Counted from the stretch's first letter, positions 18,160 to 26,453 are shown. The stretch: DNA of 35,044 nt from Candidatus Eiseniibacteriota bacterium (GCA_052390515.1 JBQTGV010000218.1:1-35044), one strand, 5' to 3'. The notes: generated by a model not told the origin, from the letters alone. A program made the numbers and translations.

Positions 18160-19490
18160 CTGCCGCGGTCGCGCTGGCGCTGGCCGCGAGCGCTCCTCTC
18201 GCCGAGTCCGCGGTCGGTCAAGGCTCCTGGCTTCGCACCATTCCCGGGGTCGCCGACGCCGGCTGCAGCCGGGCCGTCGCGGCCGATCCGTTCGGCGACG
18301 TGCGCTGGATCGGCGTGCTCGTCGAAGGAGCGGCGCTCGACGGCAATCCGGTCGAGAGCCGAGGCGGAGGAGACGTCGTCGTGGCCCGCATCGGCGCGGA
18401 AGGACGTTGCGCGTGGGCGAAGGTCGCGGGTGGCGCGGCCCGTGACCTGCCGGTCGCGGTCGACGTGGCCGCCGACGGCGCCGCCCTCGTGGCCGGAACG
18501 ATGGAGGGCGACGCGCGCTTCGAAGGCCATCCGCTTCCTTCGCTCGGTTCGACCGAGAGCTTCCTCGCGCTGTACTCCGCGGACGGGCGCTGCGAGTGGG
18601 TGCAGCGCCTCGCCGGCCGTGGCGAGGAGCGGGTGCGCGACGTCGCCGTGGACCGCACCGGCGGTGCGGTGGTCGCGGGGACGCACGTGCGGCAGTTCTC
18701 CAAGGGAGACGTCCCGGAGGTCTACCTGGCCCGGTTCGCGCGCGACGGGACGCGCACTTGGATGCGCCGCGCCGAGGGCACCGGGCGAAGCGTCGCGCTG
18801 GCGGTGGACGGCGGCGGCGGCGTGTACCTGGCGGGATCGTCCGCAGTGCCGGGCACGAGCACCGCGCGCGTTCCGGCGGAGGGCTGGCCGCTCCTGCTCG
18901 CCTTCGACGCACGTGGCGCGAGCCGCTGGCGCTGGGAGCCGGAGCGCCGCGAACCGATCCCGGGCGAAGAGTCACCGCTCGGGCGGGCCGTCGCCGTCGC
19001 GGCCATCGCCGAGGGAGGATGCTGGGTGCTCGGCGAGATCACCGCGCCGGTGCGCGCCGAGGCGCACGCGCCGGGCGACCCCGACCGGGACGTGTTCCTC
19101 GCCCGGGTCCTGCCGGACGGCCAGCCCGACTGGCTGCTGCGGCTGGGCGGCTCGGAGGAGGACCGCGCCTTCGACGTGGCCGCGCGCCCGGGCGGCGGCT
19201 GCGTCATCAGCGGCTCGTTCCACCGCTCCGCACACTTCGAGCCGTGGGAGGTGACGAGCGCGGGCGCGGCGATGTTCGTGGCGACCTACGACGACGGCGG
19301 GAATTGCATCGCGGTCCTGACCGGGGCCGGCTCCGCGGAGCCCACCGCGGCGGCGCTCGCCGTGTCCGGCGACGGAGCGATCTGGATCACCGGCGCGACC
19401 CGTGGGCGCTTCGTCCTCGGCGATCACGAGATCGACGTCGAGGGCGAGACGGCGTTCCTCGCCCGCCTCGCGCCGGATGGCGGCTCGTGA
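18156..19490 (+). CDS. Exported beta-propeller repeat protein (SBBP-like)
   Basis: Signal-like N-terminus. Repeated blades VAVDVAADGAALVAGT, VAVDRTGGAVVAGT, LAVDGGGGVYLAGS, VAARPGGGCVISGS and LAVSGDGAIWITGA, alternating with DVVVAR/ESFLAL/EVYLAR/DVFLAR/AFLAR. Confidence 0.72.
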   Translation: MTAAVALALAASAPLAESAVGQGSWLRTIPGVADAGCSRAVAADPFGDVRWIGVLVEGAALDGNPVESRGGGDVVVARIGAEGRCAWAKVAGGAARDLPVAVDVAADGAALVAGTMEGDARFEGHPLPSLGSTESFLALYSADGRCEWVQRLAGRGEERVRDVAVDRTGGAVVAGTHVRQFSKGDVPEVYLARFARDGTRTWMRRAEGTGRSVALAVDGGGGVYLAGSSAVPGTSTARVPAEGWPLLLAFDARGASRWRWEPERREPIPGEESPLGRAVAVAAIAEGGCWVLGEITAPVRAEAHAPGDPDRDVFLARVLPDGQPDWLLRLGGSEEDRAFDVAARPGGGCVISGSFHRSAHFEPWEVTSAGAAMFVATYDDGGNCIAVLTGAGSAEPTAAALAVSGDGAIWITGATRGRFVLGDHEIDVEGETAFLARLAPDGGS

Positions 19491-20248
19491 TCTTCTTCAC
19501 GGTCGCCGTGTTCGCGCTCACCTGCGCGGTCGTGTTTCCCCTGCGCGGGATCCCGCCGGAGATCATTGCGGGAACGCCGTGGCTGTTCCCCATGATCGCG
19601 CTGGCCGGGTACACGCCGGCGCTCGCCGGGGTCTTCGCCGCCGGCCGCGAGTCCGGCGGGGCGGGCGTGGCCGAGCTGCTGCGGCGCCTCGTGCCCCGAC
19701 CCGGCGACGCGGCCTGGATCGCCGCCGCCGCGGTTCTCCCGCTGGCCGTGGGCATCGGCGCAGGCGCGCTGTCGCTCGCCTGGGGGGAGGCCGCCGGCCC
19801 GATCGAGCCGGGCGGGCTCGCCGTCTTCGCCCCCCTGCTCGCCCAGAAGCTCGTCCTCTCGGGCCTCGGCGAGGAGATCGGCTGGCGCGGCTTCGCCTTG
19901 CCGCGGCTGCAGCGCCGGCTCCACCCGCTCGCCGCCAGCGTGCTGCTCGCCGGGCTAACGGCGGCATGGCACTGGCTCCGCGGCGACTCCTTCCCGCTGC
20001 ATCTCGCTGCGGTGTTGCCGCTCACCATCGTGCTCAGCTTCGCGTACAACGTCACGCGCGGCAGCCTGCTCGTCTGCGCGATGCTCGCCGCGGCGCTGCA
20101 TGCCGCCACCGGCGCGCTCGAGAGGACCGTGCCTCTCCTGTGGCTGAACGGCGTGGCCGACTTTCCGGTGACGGCGGCGTGGGCGTGGATCGCGGTGGTG
20201 CTGATCGGGTTCACTCGCGGCCGGCTGGGGTTGTCCCGGGCCGCCTGA
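19487..20248 (+). CDS. CPBP (Abi/CAAX type II, Rce1-like) intramembrane protease
   Basis: Multi-TM protein with GLGEEIGWRGFALPRLQ (EExxxR), AAWH, YNVTRGSL and ALHAATG motifs; GTGA overlap with the upstream gene. Confidence 0.88.
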   Translation: MIFFTVAVFALTCAVVFPLRGIPPEIIAGTPWLFPMIALAGYTPALAGVFAAGRESGGAGVAELLRRLVPRPGDAAWIAAAAVLPLAVGIGAGALSLAWGEAAGPIEPGGLAVFAPLLAQKLVLSGLGEEIGWRGFALPRLQRRLHPLAASVLLAGLTAAWHWLRGDSFPLHLAAVLPLTIVLSFAYNVTRGSLLVCAMLAAALHAATGALERTVPLLWLNGVADFPVTAAWAWIAVVLIGFTRGRLGLSRAA

Positions 20249-20264
20249 CCCCGGCCCCGCCGCG

Positions 20265-20729
20265 CTACTCGATGTCGCCGCTCCGGCGCAGCCAGCCGGA
20301 GAGAGAGAAGGCGGACCGGTCCCGGATCAGCACCCACCACGACGCGAGCAGGAACGCGAGGTTCTCGGCGATCTTCCCCAACCCCACCTTCGATCCGCCC
20401 TCCGTGTCGAAGCACCCGCAGCTGATGTCCAGCCCGCGAGCGAGCGCCGCCCCGATGGCCAGCGTGAACACGACGAGCATGGCGAAGGCGAGCAGGCTTG
20501 CGCCGGCATCGGCCACCCCGACGATCAGCGCGAGGCCCACGATCAGCTCGACGGCCGGGAGGGCCAGGGCGACCACCCGCTCCGCGGCAACCGGCAGCAG
20601 GTGGTAGTTGCCGACGGCCTTGGCGAAACCCGTCGGGTCGGCGAGCTTCGGCACCGCTGCCGCGAGGAACAGCACCCCCAGTCCCACGCGAAGCAGCGCG
20701 ACGAGGCGGCGGTCCGAGAGGAGCTTCAC
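20265..20729 (-). CDS. MauE/DoxX family membrane protein
   Basis: RVGLGVLFLAAAVPKLADP, YHLLP, LPAVE, RGLDISCGCF and IAEN motifs; GTG 20729 overlaps the rhodanese stop. Confidence 0.9.
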   Translation of the reverse strand: MKLLSDRRLVALLRVGLGVLFLAAAVPKLADPTGFAKAVGNYHLLPVAAERVVALALPAVELIVGLALIVGVADAGASLLAFAMLVVFTLAIGAALARGLDISCGCFDTEGGSKVGLGKIAENLAFLLASWWVLIRDRSAFSLSGWLRRSGDIE

Positions 20730-21184
20730 TCCGCGCTCACGCCGGCCGCGACCAGCGCCTCGATCCCTCCGGTGACGAACGCGACATCCGCGTGCCCCAG
20801 GTCGCGGAGCTGGGAGACCACGCGGCGAACCGCGTGCGAGTCCGGACCCGCACCGTACACGAGGAGGGGAACCTCCGTGCCGAGGTCGGTCACGCTCCCG
20901 AAGTAGCGGTCCTCGAACTCGTCGGCGGGAACCGGAAACGAACCGGAGACGCGCAGCCCCTGCTGCTCGGCGGCGGGACGCACGTCGATGCAGAACGCCC
21001 CCTGCTCCCACAGCCGGACCGCCTCGTCGAGCGGAACGGCGGCAAGGTCCGAGCCCGGCTCACGCGCGGGCGGAGGATCGAGTGATCCGCTGAACGGCAG
21101 CGGACGCTCGCGAACCGCGTTCGTGGAGAGCCCCCGCGCGGCGCCCGCGATGATCATCGCGGACGCCTGCCGGAGAGCGCTCAC
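20726..21184 (-). CDS. Membrane-anchored rhodanese-like domain protein (no catalytic Cys)
   Basis: N-terminal hydrophobic segment then NAVR..PLP; FCIDVRP, GLRVSGSFPVP, LLVYG and LRDLGH..V..VTGGIEAL follow the rhodanese pattern. Confidence 0.8.
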   Translation of the reverse strand: MSALRQASAMIIAGAARGLSTNAVRERPLPFSGSLDPPPAREPGSDLAAVPLDEAVRLWEQGAFCIDVRPAAEQQGLRVSGSFPVPADEFEDRYFGSVTDLGTEVPLLVYGAGPDSHAVRRVVSQLRDLGHADVAFVTGGIEALVAAGVSAE

Positions 21185-22225
21185 CTACTTCCCCTTGGCC
21201 GAGGTCTGCTCCACCGCGGGGCCGCGGGTCTGGTAGCGGACCGGCACCTCGATCACGCGCTGCTCGGGATCGTCGGTCTCGATGCGAAGCTGGCGGACGC
21301 CGTTCGAGCCGGCGGCCTCCCCCACGTACGTCAGCCGGACGATCTGGCTGCCGCCCTCGCCCGGCACGATGCTGGCCTGCACCGGACTGTTCTCGACCTC
21401 GGCGGAGAGGATCCGGAAGGAGCCCTGGCTTGCGGAGAGGATGACGTCACGAACCGCCTCCCGGCCCGGATCCACGATGGCCAGCACGGCGTAGCTCGGC
21501 TGCACGGCGATTCTGCCGCGGACGTCCCCGCGAATGGGGATGCGCAGCGTGTCCTTGTCCGCGATGTTCGTGGTGATGACCAGCGTCTCGGAGATCCGTT
21601 GCGGCTTGCGCTCGGCGCGCATGGTCAGGGCGAACTCGTAGGCATGCCGCTCGGCCGTCTCGCGGCGATCGGAGACGTGCACGTCGATGAGGTGGGACGG
21701 CTTGCCGATCTTGGAGCCGTCCTGCACGAACGCGCCCAGGACGCGCATGTCCAGGTTCTTGTCCGCCTCCAGCGTGACCTTCGCCTCCCACGGGTCCTTC
21801 ACGCCCAGCTCTTCGAAGGAGAGGTACTTCGGATCCCAGCGGACGGCGCGGTGCACGTCGGCCTTGAGGTTGATCTCGGTGCGCCTCGCGTCGGGATCGT
21901 TGGTGACGACGGTGACGCGCTTGGTGACGGCGCCCTCCATGTTGCGCGAGTTGAACGTGACGCGGACTCTCTGGGTCTGCCCCGGCTGGAGCTCGGTCTG
22001 GCCGTCAACCGTGGCCGCGGTGCACCCGCAGGTGGTCTCCACGTCCTCGACGATGAGGACGGCGTCGCCAACGTTCTTGACCTCGACGAACCGTTCGAAC
22101 TCGTTGCCCTCCTCGATCCGCCCGAGGACGATCTCGTGGGGATCCACGGCGACCTTCGGTCCGGCGAAGGCGGCGGCGGGCAGCAGGCAGGCGGCTGCGG
22201 CCGCGAAGACGAAGCGCTGGATCAT
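21185..22225 (-). CDS. Exported DUF1573 domain (Ig-like) protein
   Basis: AGGAG RBS; signal peptide MIQRFVFAAAAACLLPAAAFA; VKNVGDAVLIVEDVETTCGCT, LQPGQ and KRVTVVTNDP motifs; further beta-sandwich repeats (VITTN, IETDDP). Confidence 0.85.
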   Translation of the reverse strand: MIQRFVFAAAAACLLPAAAFAGPKVAVDPHEIVLGRIEEGNEFERFVEVKNVGDAVLIVEDVETTCGCTAATVDGQTELQPGQTQRVRVTFNSRNMEGAVTKRVTVVTNDPDARRTEINLKADVHRAVRWDPKYLSFEELGVKDPWEAKVTLEADKNLDMRVLGAFVQDGSKIGKPSHLIDVHVSDRRETAERHAYEFALTMRAERKPQRISETLVITTNIADKDTLRIPIRGDVRGRIAVQPSYAVLAIVDPGREAVRDVILSASQGSFRILSAEVENSPVQASIVPGEGGSQIVRLTYVGEAAGSNGVRQLRIETDDPEQRVIEVPVRYQTRGPAVEQTSAKGK

Positions 22226-22301
22226 CGAACACTCCTGGCTGAGCTGGGACGCCGTCGCGCCGGTTCGTCCGGAACGAGGCGCCGGGGTGGACTTCCGGCG
22301 C

Positions 22302-22330
22302 ATTCTACACCGGGCAGGCCGGGCTGTTCA
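22302..22330 (-). promoter_or_regulatory. Putative sigma70 promoter for the DUF1573-rhodanese-MauE operon
   Basis: Minus strand TGAACA (22330-22325), 17-nt spacer, TAGAAT (22307-22302). Confidence 0.45.
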
Positions 22331-22384
22331 GGGTGACGGCGGCGGAGCGGAGCGGCGGGAGTCAAGGGTGGGTAAATCGCGGGT

Positions 22385-22408
22385 GGGCGGGTCCCGGAGG
22401 ACCCGCCC
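22385..22408 (-). terminator. GC-rich hairpin just downstream of the DUF6982-like gene
   Basis: Perfect 10-bp stem GGGCGGGTCC-CGGA-GGACCCGCCC, 9 nt after the stop; the U-tract is weak. Confidence 0.5.
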
Positions 22409-22417
22409 CCACGGCGA

Positions 22418-22888
22418 TCAGCGGAGCTGGACCACGCGCGGCCAGGAGGCCGACGACTCGCGTGCCCGGCGAGTCGAGTGCTTCTTCGCGGCCTCCGCGG
22501 CGGCGTCGCCTTCGAGCAGCTTGACGATCGAGGCGCGGCAGATCCAGGCCTTCTCCACGTTGGAATCCGAGTCGGTCGGAAGGACGTAGAAGCCCTGCTT
22601 GCCGAGCGTCGGTGAGACGGGCCACGCCGCCATCTGTTCGCCGTCCCGGAACTCGATCCACAGCTTCGGGCGAACCGAAGCCTGCGGGCGGAAGTCCCGG
22701 TGATCCTGGCGGTCCCGGTTGCCATCGAGGGAGCGAACGAAGAAGAGAGCCTTCAGATCGCTGATCGAGAGTCGGACCGGGAGTCCGCCGTCGGGCGGCT
22801 CGATGGTGAAGTGATCCTGCTCGGGATGGAAATCGATCGTTCGACCTTTGATCTTGCCTCGGTCGAGGAGGCGCGCAACCACCATCAT
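22418..22888 (-). CDS. Conserved hypothetical protein (DUF6982-like)
   Basis: MMVVARLLDRGKIKGRTIDFHP...LKALFFVRSLDGN...IEFRDGE...GFYVLPTDSDSN matches my recollection of DUF6982. The start is uncertain. Confidence 0.7.
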   Translation of the reverse strand: MMVVARLLDRGKIKGRTIDFHPEQDHFTIEPPDGGLPVRLSISDLKALFFVRSLDGNRDRQDHRDFRPQASVRPKLWIEFRDGEQMAAWPVSPTLGKQGFYVLPTDSDSNVEKAWICRASIVKLLEGDAAAEAAKKHSTRRARESSASWPRVVQLR

Positions 22889-23130
22889 GCAGCAGTTCCT
22901 CGTTGGGGGTGGTCGTTTCCTCCATCGACAAGGGGCCCTTGCCGCCTGAGCGTCATTCGGCGCCGGCGCGAGCCGAGCCCACTCGTGCCGACGATGCGCG
23001 AACATCGGCGAGGGCTCCCCTCGGAGGAGGATCCCCCGACGACCTCGCTCAACCTCGCTCGCCGTCCTGGCTCGCTCGGCTCGTGGCCGCCGGCCTTCGC
23101 CGTCCGTGGCTCCGGCCGAAAGTCTCGGAA

Positions 23131-24441
23131 CTAAATGATGTTCCCCTCGCGGAAGTACAGGGTCGGCGAGCCGTTCTCGTCGAACGACAGCTCGAGACCG
23201 GCCACCTCGAGGACGGGCAGGAAGATGCGCAACCCGACGCCGAAGCCCTGCTTCAGCTCGGAGTCCCGCAGCGGGACCGGGCCCCAGGCCGTGCCCGCGT
23301 CGGCGAAGATCACGCCGTCGAAGCGCAGGTCGAAGTTCTTGATGCGACCCGGGACGAGCGGGATCGGCAGGTTGAACCGGCGTGTGCTCATCAGACCGAA
23401 GCGGAGCTCCATCGAGGCACGCGCGAGGTTCTCGCCGATCACCGCATTGGGGGGCTGACCGCGGATCGAGGACGATCCGCCCACCGCCACCCTGCGGTAC
23501 AGGGGAACCTCTCCCGTGGAGAGGACGGTGTTCGCCCGCCCGGCGATCACGAACCGCTCCCCCAGCGAAAGGAACGCGCGCGCGTCCCCGCTGTTGCGCA
23601 GGTAGCTGATGCCTCCGGCCGTCCAGCTCGTCGCGTACTCGGAGGTGGCGGAGAGCAGGGAGCCGCGCGTCGGATCGATCCGCACGTTGCGCGTGTCCCG
23701 GAAGTACGCGGCTCCGATCGACGGGACGAGCTGGTTGAGCGAGCCCTCGGGGTGCGCTTCGTCCCGCTCGACGACCGCGAGCCTCACGAAATTCGTGAAT
23801 CCCCGGCGGTGCTGGCGGTAATCGCCCAGGTAGTTCGTGGAGGCCAGGGTGAGCTGGCTCGTCCGCAGCTCGTAGATGTTCTCCGGCGGCAGCTCGAACA
23901 AGAGCGAGGCGGACAGGTTTCGCCGCGTGGCGCCGAGCCAGGGCGTCTCCCAGGAGAAACCCACGTTGTCGCGACCGCCGAGGCGCCCGTCGGAAGTGAA
24001 GCTCTGGTTCAGCCCGCCGAGGTTGCGCACGCGCAGGCGGTAGCCGTAAGTGATCTGCTCGTCGGCGAAGTCGTAGTCGAAGACCGGGCTGATCAGCCAC
24101 CGCGGCCGCTCCTGCACCGACACCACGACCATCACCCCGTCGGCGGAGGGAACCGCATCCACCTCGATCTGGGCGAACAGCCCGAGGTCGACGAGGTTTT
24201 CCCAGTCGCGCCACAGCAGGTCCGAGCGGAACGTCTCCCCCTCGGACAGCATCATCTCGCGGCGGAAGACGTGCTCGCGAGTGGCGTTGTTCCCCAGGAT
24301 GAGCACCTGCCGGACGGGCTTGCCCTCGAGCTCGGGGAAGCTCTGGTAACGCAGCCGGTCCATGGCGGGCGAGGAATCGGGCAGCGCGAGCGCGCCGAGC
24401 GTCAGGGCGGCCAGAGCGCGGAGACGAAGCGAGACGGTCAT
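23131..24441 (-). CDS. Omp85/BamA-TamA family outer membrane protein with a single POTRA domain
   Basis: Signal peptide; POTRA pattern VLILGNNATREHVFRREM...LVDLGLF...VSVQER; barrel motifs NLGGLNQ, PWL, RDTRNVRIDPTRG, FADAG.AW and GFGVGLR. Confidence 0.88.
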   Translation of the reverse strand: MTVSLRLRALAALTLGALALPDSSPAMDRLRYQSFPELEGKPVRQVLILGNNATREHVFRREMMLSEGETFRSDLLWRDWENLVDLGLFAQIEVDAVPSADGVMVVVSVQERPRWLISPVFDYDFADEQITYGYRLRVRNLGGLNQSFTSDGRLGGRDNVGFSWETPWLGATRRNLSASLLFELPPENIYELRTSQLTLASTNYLGDYRQHRRGFTNFVRLAVVERDEAHPEGSLNQLVPSIGAAYFRDTRNVRIDPTRGSLLSATSEYATSWTAGGISYLRNSGDARAFLSLGERFVIAGRANTVLSTGEVPLYRRVAVGGSSSIRGQPPNAVIGENLARASMELRFGLMSTRRFNLPIPLVPGRIKNFDLRFDGVIFADAGTAWGPVPLRDSELKQGFGVGLRIFLPVLEVAGLELSFDENGSPTLYFREGNII

Positions 24442-24539
24442 GGACCTCGATAGCTCGGGGTCCTCGGATCTTCGGAACGTCTCGCGGAGCGGTCAAGTCC
24501 CGCCGTCACCGGGGCGGCGGGACACGGGCCCCGCCGCAG

Positions 24540-25724
24540 TCACTCCGAGGCCGTCGGTCGCGGCGCTTCCGGAGCTGGCGGGAACGGCGGGGGAGGAGGA
24601 GGGGGAGGCGGAGACGCCTGGGCGAAGGGCGCGCGTGGTCCCGCGGGCGGCGCGGTCCCGAGCGCGCGCTCCGTCCCGAAGCGGCTGCTGATGAGGGCGC
24701 CGTATCCCAGGATCGACGCGAAGGTGAGGATGAACAGCCCGAGAACGCCGACCAGGAGCGAGAAGGGAACGAACGCCGGCCCGCCGAGATCGAGCAGCGT
24801 GGAGAGGATGTCCAGCGCGGAGAGCGCCAGGAACCCGACGAAGATGTGGAAGTACGACCCGCGCACCGGGCCGAGCTCGCCGCTCTTCTGCCGCGCCGCG
24901 ACGACCCGCCGGCCCACGGTGAGCGCCGCCGCCACGAAGCCGGACGCGATCATCGCGCCGACGCAGATCACCAGCACGGGAACGAGCAGGATGCCGATGA
25001 TGGTCACGATGAGCAGGATGCTCGTGAACACGAGGGCGAAGGGCGTGGCGCAGGCGCCGAGGAGCCCGATCAGGAAGCTCTGTCCGGGCTGCTCGTCGAT
25101 GCGCCGGCTCACCACCTCGAGCCGCTTGCCGGCCAGCGCGTAGATCAGCAGGGAGACGAGCAGCGCCGCCGCCAGGAAGGCGATGTCCCAGGAGAAGGAG
25201 AACCACCGCTTCGTGTGCGAGTCGAAGTCGCCGTGCCAGCCGCCCCAGCCGCGCGCCCAGTCGAGGTTCGCGAAGGGAATGTCCACGGAGACGCTTTCGC
25301 CCAGGACTTCGGCGCTGCCCTGCTCCCGGACCTTGCCGCCCACCGCGACGGCGTCGCCCTCGATCTTGGCCCCGTCCTCGAGCACCACGTCCCCGCCCAC
25401 GGCGACGACGTCTCCTTCCACGTGGCCGAGGACGGTCACCTGCCCGCCCACCGCCACCACGTCCCCTTCGATGTACTCGTCCCTCTCGATCCGGATGCTG
25501 CCGCCGATCTCGACGCGCTCCGTCGAGTGGCTGAGGTCGTCGTCCTGGGTGTTCTTCTGGTACTCCTCCCAGAGCTCGGTGTTCGGTGCCGTGGAGTCCT
25601 TCTGAGCCTTGTCGATCTGGCGGTCGAGGTCGTCCAGCGACTCCTTCTGAGCGAAGGCCGGCGGCGCGAGCAACAGCGCCAGCGCGGACGCTACGGCGAA
25701 CCGGCTACCACACGAAGTGCGCAT
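24540..25724 (-). CDS. Signal-peptide protein with bactofilin-like (polymer-forming) beta-helix repeats, a multi-TM domain and a Pro-rich tail
   Basis: GGAGGAGG RBS; signal peptide; three EGD[V/A]VAVGG repeats; about 5 hydrophobic segments; C-terminal SPPPPPPPPPFPPAP. Confidence 0.82.
   Translation of the reverse strand: MRTSCGSRFAVASALALLLAPPAFAQKESLDDLDRQIDKAQKDSTAPNTELWEEYQKNTQDDDLSHSTERVEIGGSIRIERDEYIEGDVVAVGGQVTVLGHVEGDVVAVGGDVVLEDGAKIEGDAVAVGGKVREQGSAEVLGESVSVDIPFANLDWARGWGGWHGDFDSHTKRWFSFSWDIAFLAAALLVSLLIYALAGKRLEVVSRRIDEQPGQSFLIGLLGACATPFALVFTSILLIVTIIGILLVPVLVICVGAMIASGFVAAALTVGRRVVAARQKSGELGPVRGSYFHIFVGFLALSALDILSTLLDLGGPAFVPFSLLVGVLGLFILTFASILGYGALISSRFGTERALGTAPPAGPRAPFAQASPPPPPPPPPFPPAPEAPRPTASE
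25335..25469 (-). repeat. Three imperfect 27-bp coding repeats (EGD[V/A]VAVGG)
   Basis: Units at 25335-25361, 25392-25418 and 25443-25469 share ccgcccacNgcNac on the + strand. Confidence 0.8.
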
Positions 25725-26325
25725 GGCCCAGACCTCCTCCCCGGATTCCCCTCTCCGACCGTACCAGGAACCAGGCCGCCGTCGTGGCCAGCAGCGCCGC
25801 GACGAGACCCAGCACGAGCAGCGGACCCGCCGATGACGCCAGCACGGTGCGGGCCGCTTCCGAGAGCGTCGCCGCGAGACGCATCACCCAGTCCCAGTGC
25901 GCCATGCCGGCCACGCCGGCCACGAGCGTCTCCACAGCCGCGGTCAGACCGTTCGCGCCGGCAACCACGAGCCGGCCGAGCCATCCGCCGGCACCGGCCT
26001 GCAGGGCGGCCGGGGCGAGGATGACGAGCCCGGCCAGCGCACTCGTTCCGACCACGACCAGCGCTCTCTCGAGCGAGGCCGGGATCGGCAGTCGGAACGC
26101 GCGGCGCGCGGTGTCGGTGGTGACGGACTTGAGCACGGACGCGGCCAGATCGGCCGGAGGAGCGACGTCGAGCGGCTCTCCCAGCAGCGTGTGCAGCACC
26201 ACGGCCTCGCGGTACCGCTGCGCCCACTCCGGATCGGCCGCGATGCGCTCGCGGATCCGGCGCTCTTCCGCGGGAGGCAGGAGCCCGTCGATCAGATCGT
26301 GGATCCTGTCCATGGTCTCGTCCAT
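25705..26325 (-). CDS. Membrane-bound anti-sigma factor (RsiW-like N-terminus without zinc ligands)
   Basis: GAGGAGGT RBS; IHDLIDGLLPPAEERRIRERIAADPEW...APPADLAASVL follows the zf-HC2-type pattern, then TM segments; lies downstream of the ECF sigma. Confidence 0.8.
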   Translation of the reverse strand: MDETMDRIHDLIDGLLPPAEERRIRERIAADPEWAQRYREAVVLHTLLGEPLDVAPPADLAASVLKSVTTDTARRAFRLPIPASLERALVVVGTSALAGLVILAPAALQAGAGGWLGRLVVAGANGLTAAVETLVAGVAGMAHWDWVMRLAATLSEAARTVLASSAGPLLVLGLVAALLATTAAWFLVRSERGIRGGGLGHAHFVW

Positions 26326-26375
26326 CACCAGGACCTCCTCGGGACCGTTTCGCTCACGTCGTTCACGACCTCCTG

Positions 26376-26402
26376 TACGGCGCCGGCCCGGCCGGGGTTG
26401 CC
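26376..26402 (-). promoter_or_regulatory. Putative ECF-sigma promoter upstream of the anti-sigma gene
   Basis: Minus strand GGCAAC-N17-CGTA resembles the ECF AAC...CGT consensus and SigW TGAAAC-N16-CGTA; about 50 nt before the anti-sigma start. Confidence 0.55.
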
Positions 26403-26453
26403 CCCTCCCCGGAGCCGACCCCCCCTGGATGGGCGAGATTAGTCGATTCTGGC

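Noticed and set aside
21185..22225. Possible selenocysteine recoding in the DUF1573, rhodanese or MauE redox genes
   Set aside because: The CGC motifs use ordinary Cys codons and there is no in-frame TGA at the motif positions.
25335..25469. Spaced direct repeats superficially resembling a CRISPR array
   Set aside because: Only three imperfect units, in frame within a CDS, varying mainly at synonymous positions, with no cas genes. They are protein repeats.
26324..26366. Mini-ORF (MNDVSETVPRRSW*) after a second AGGAGG, whose TGA overlaps the anti-sigma ATG
   Set aside because: SD spacing is poor, and that SD lies at or before the predicted ECF transcription start. There is no independent support for a leader peptide.
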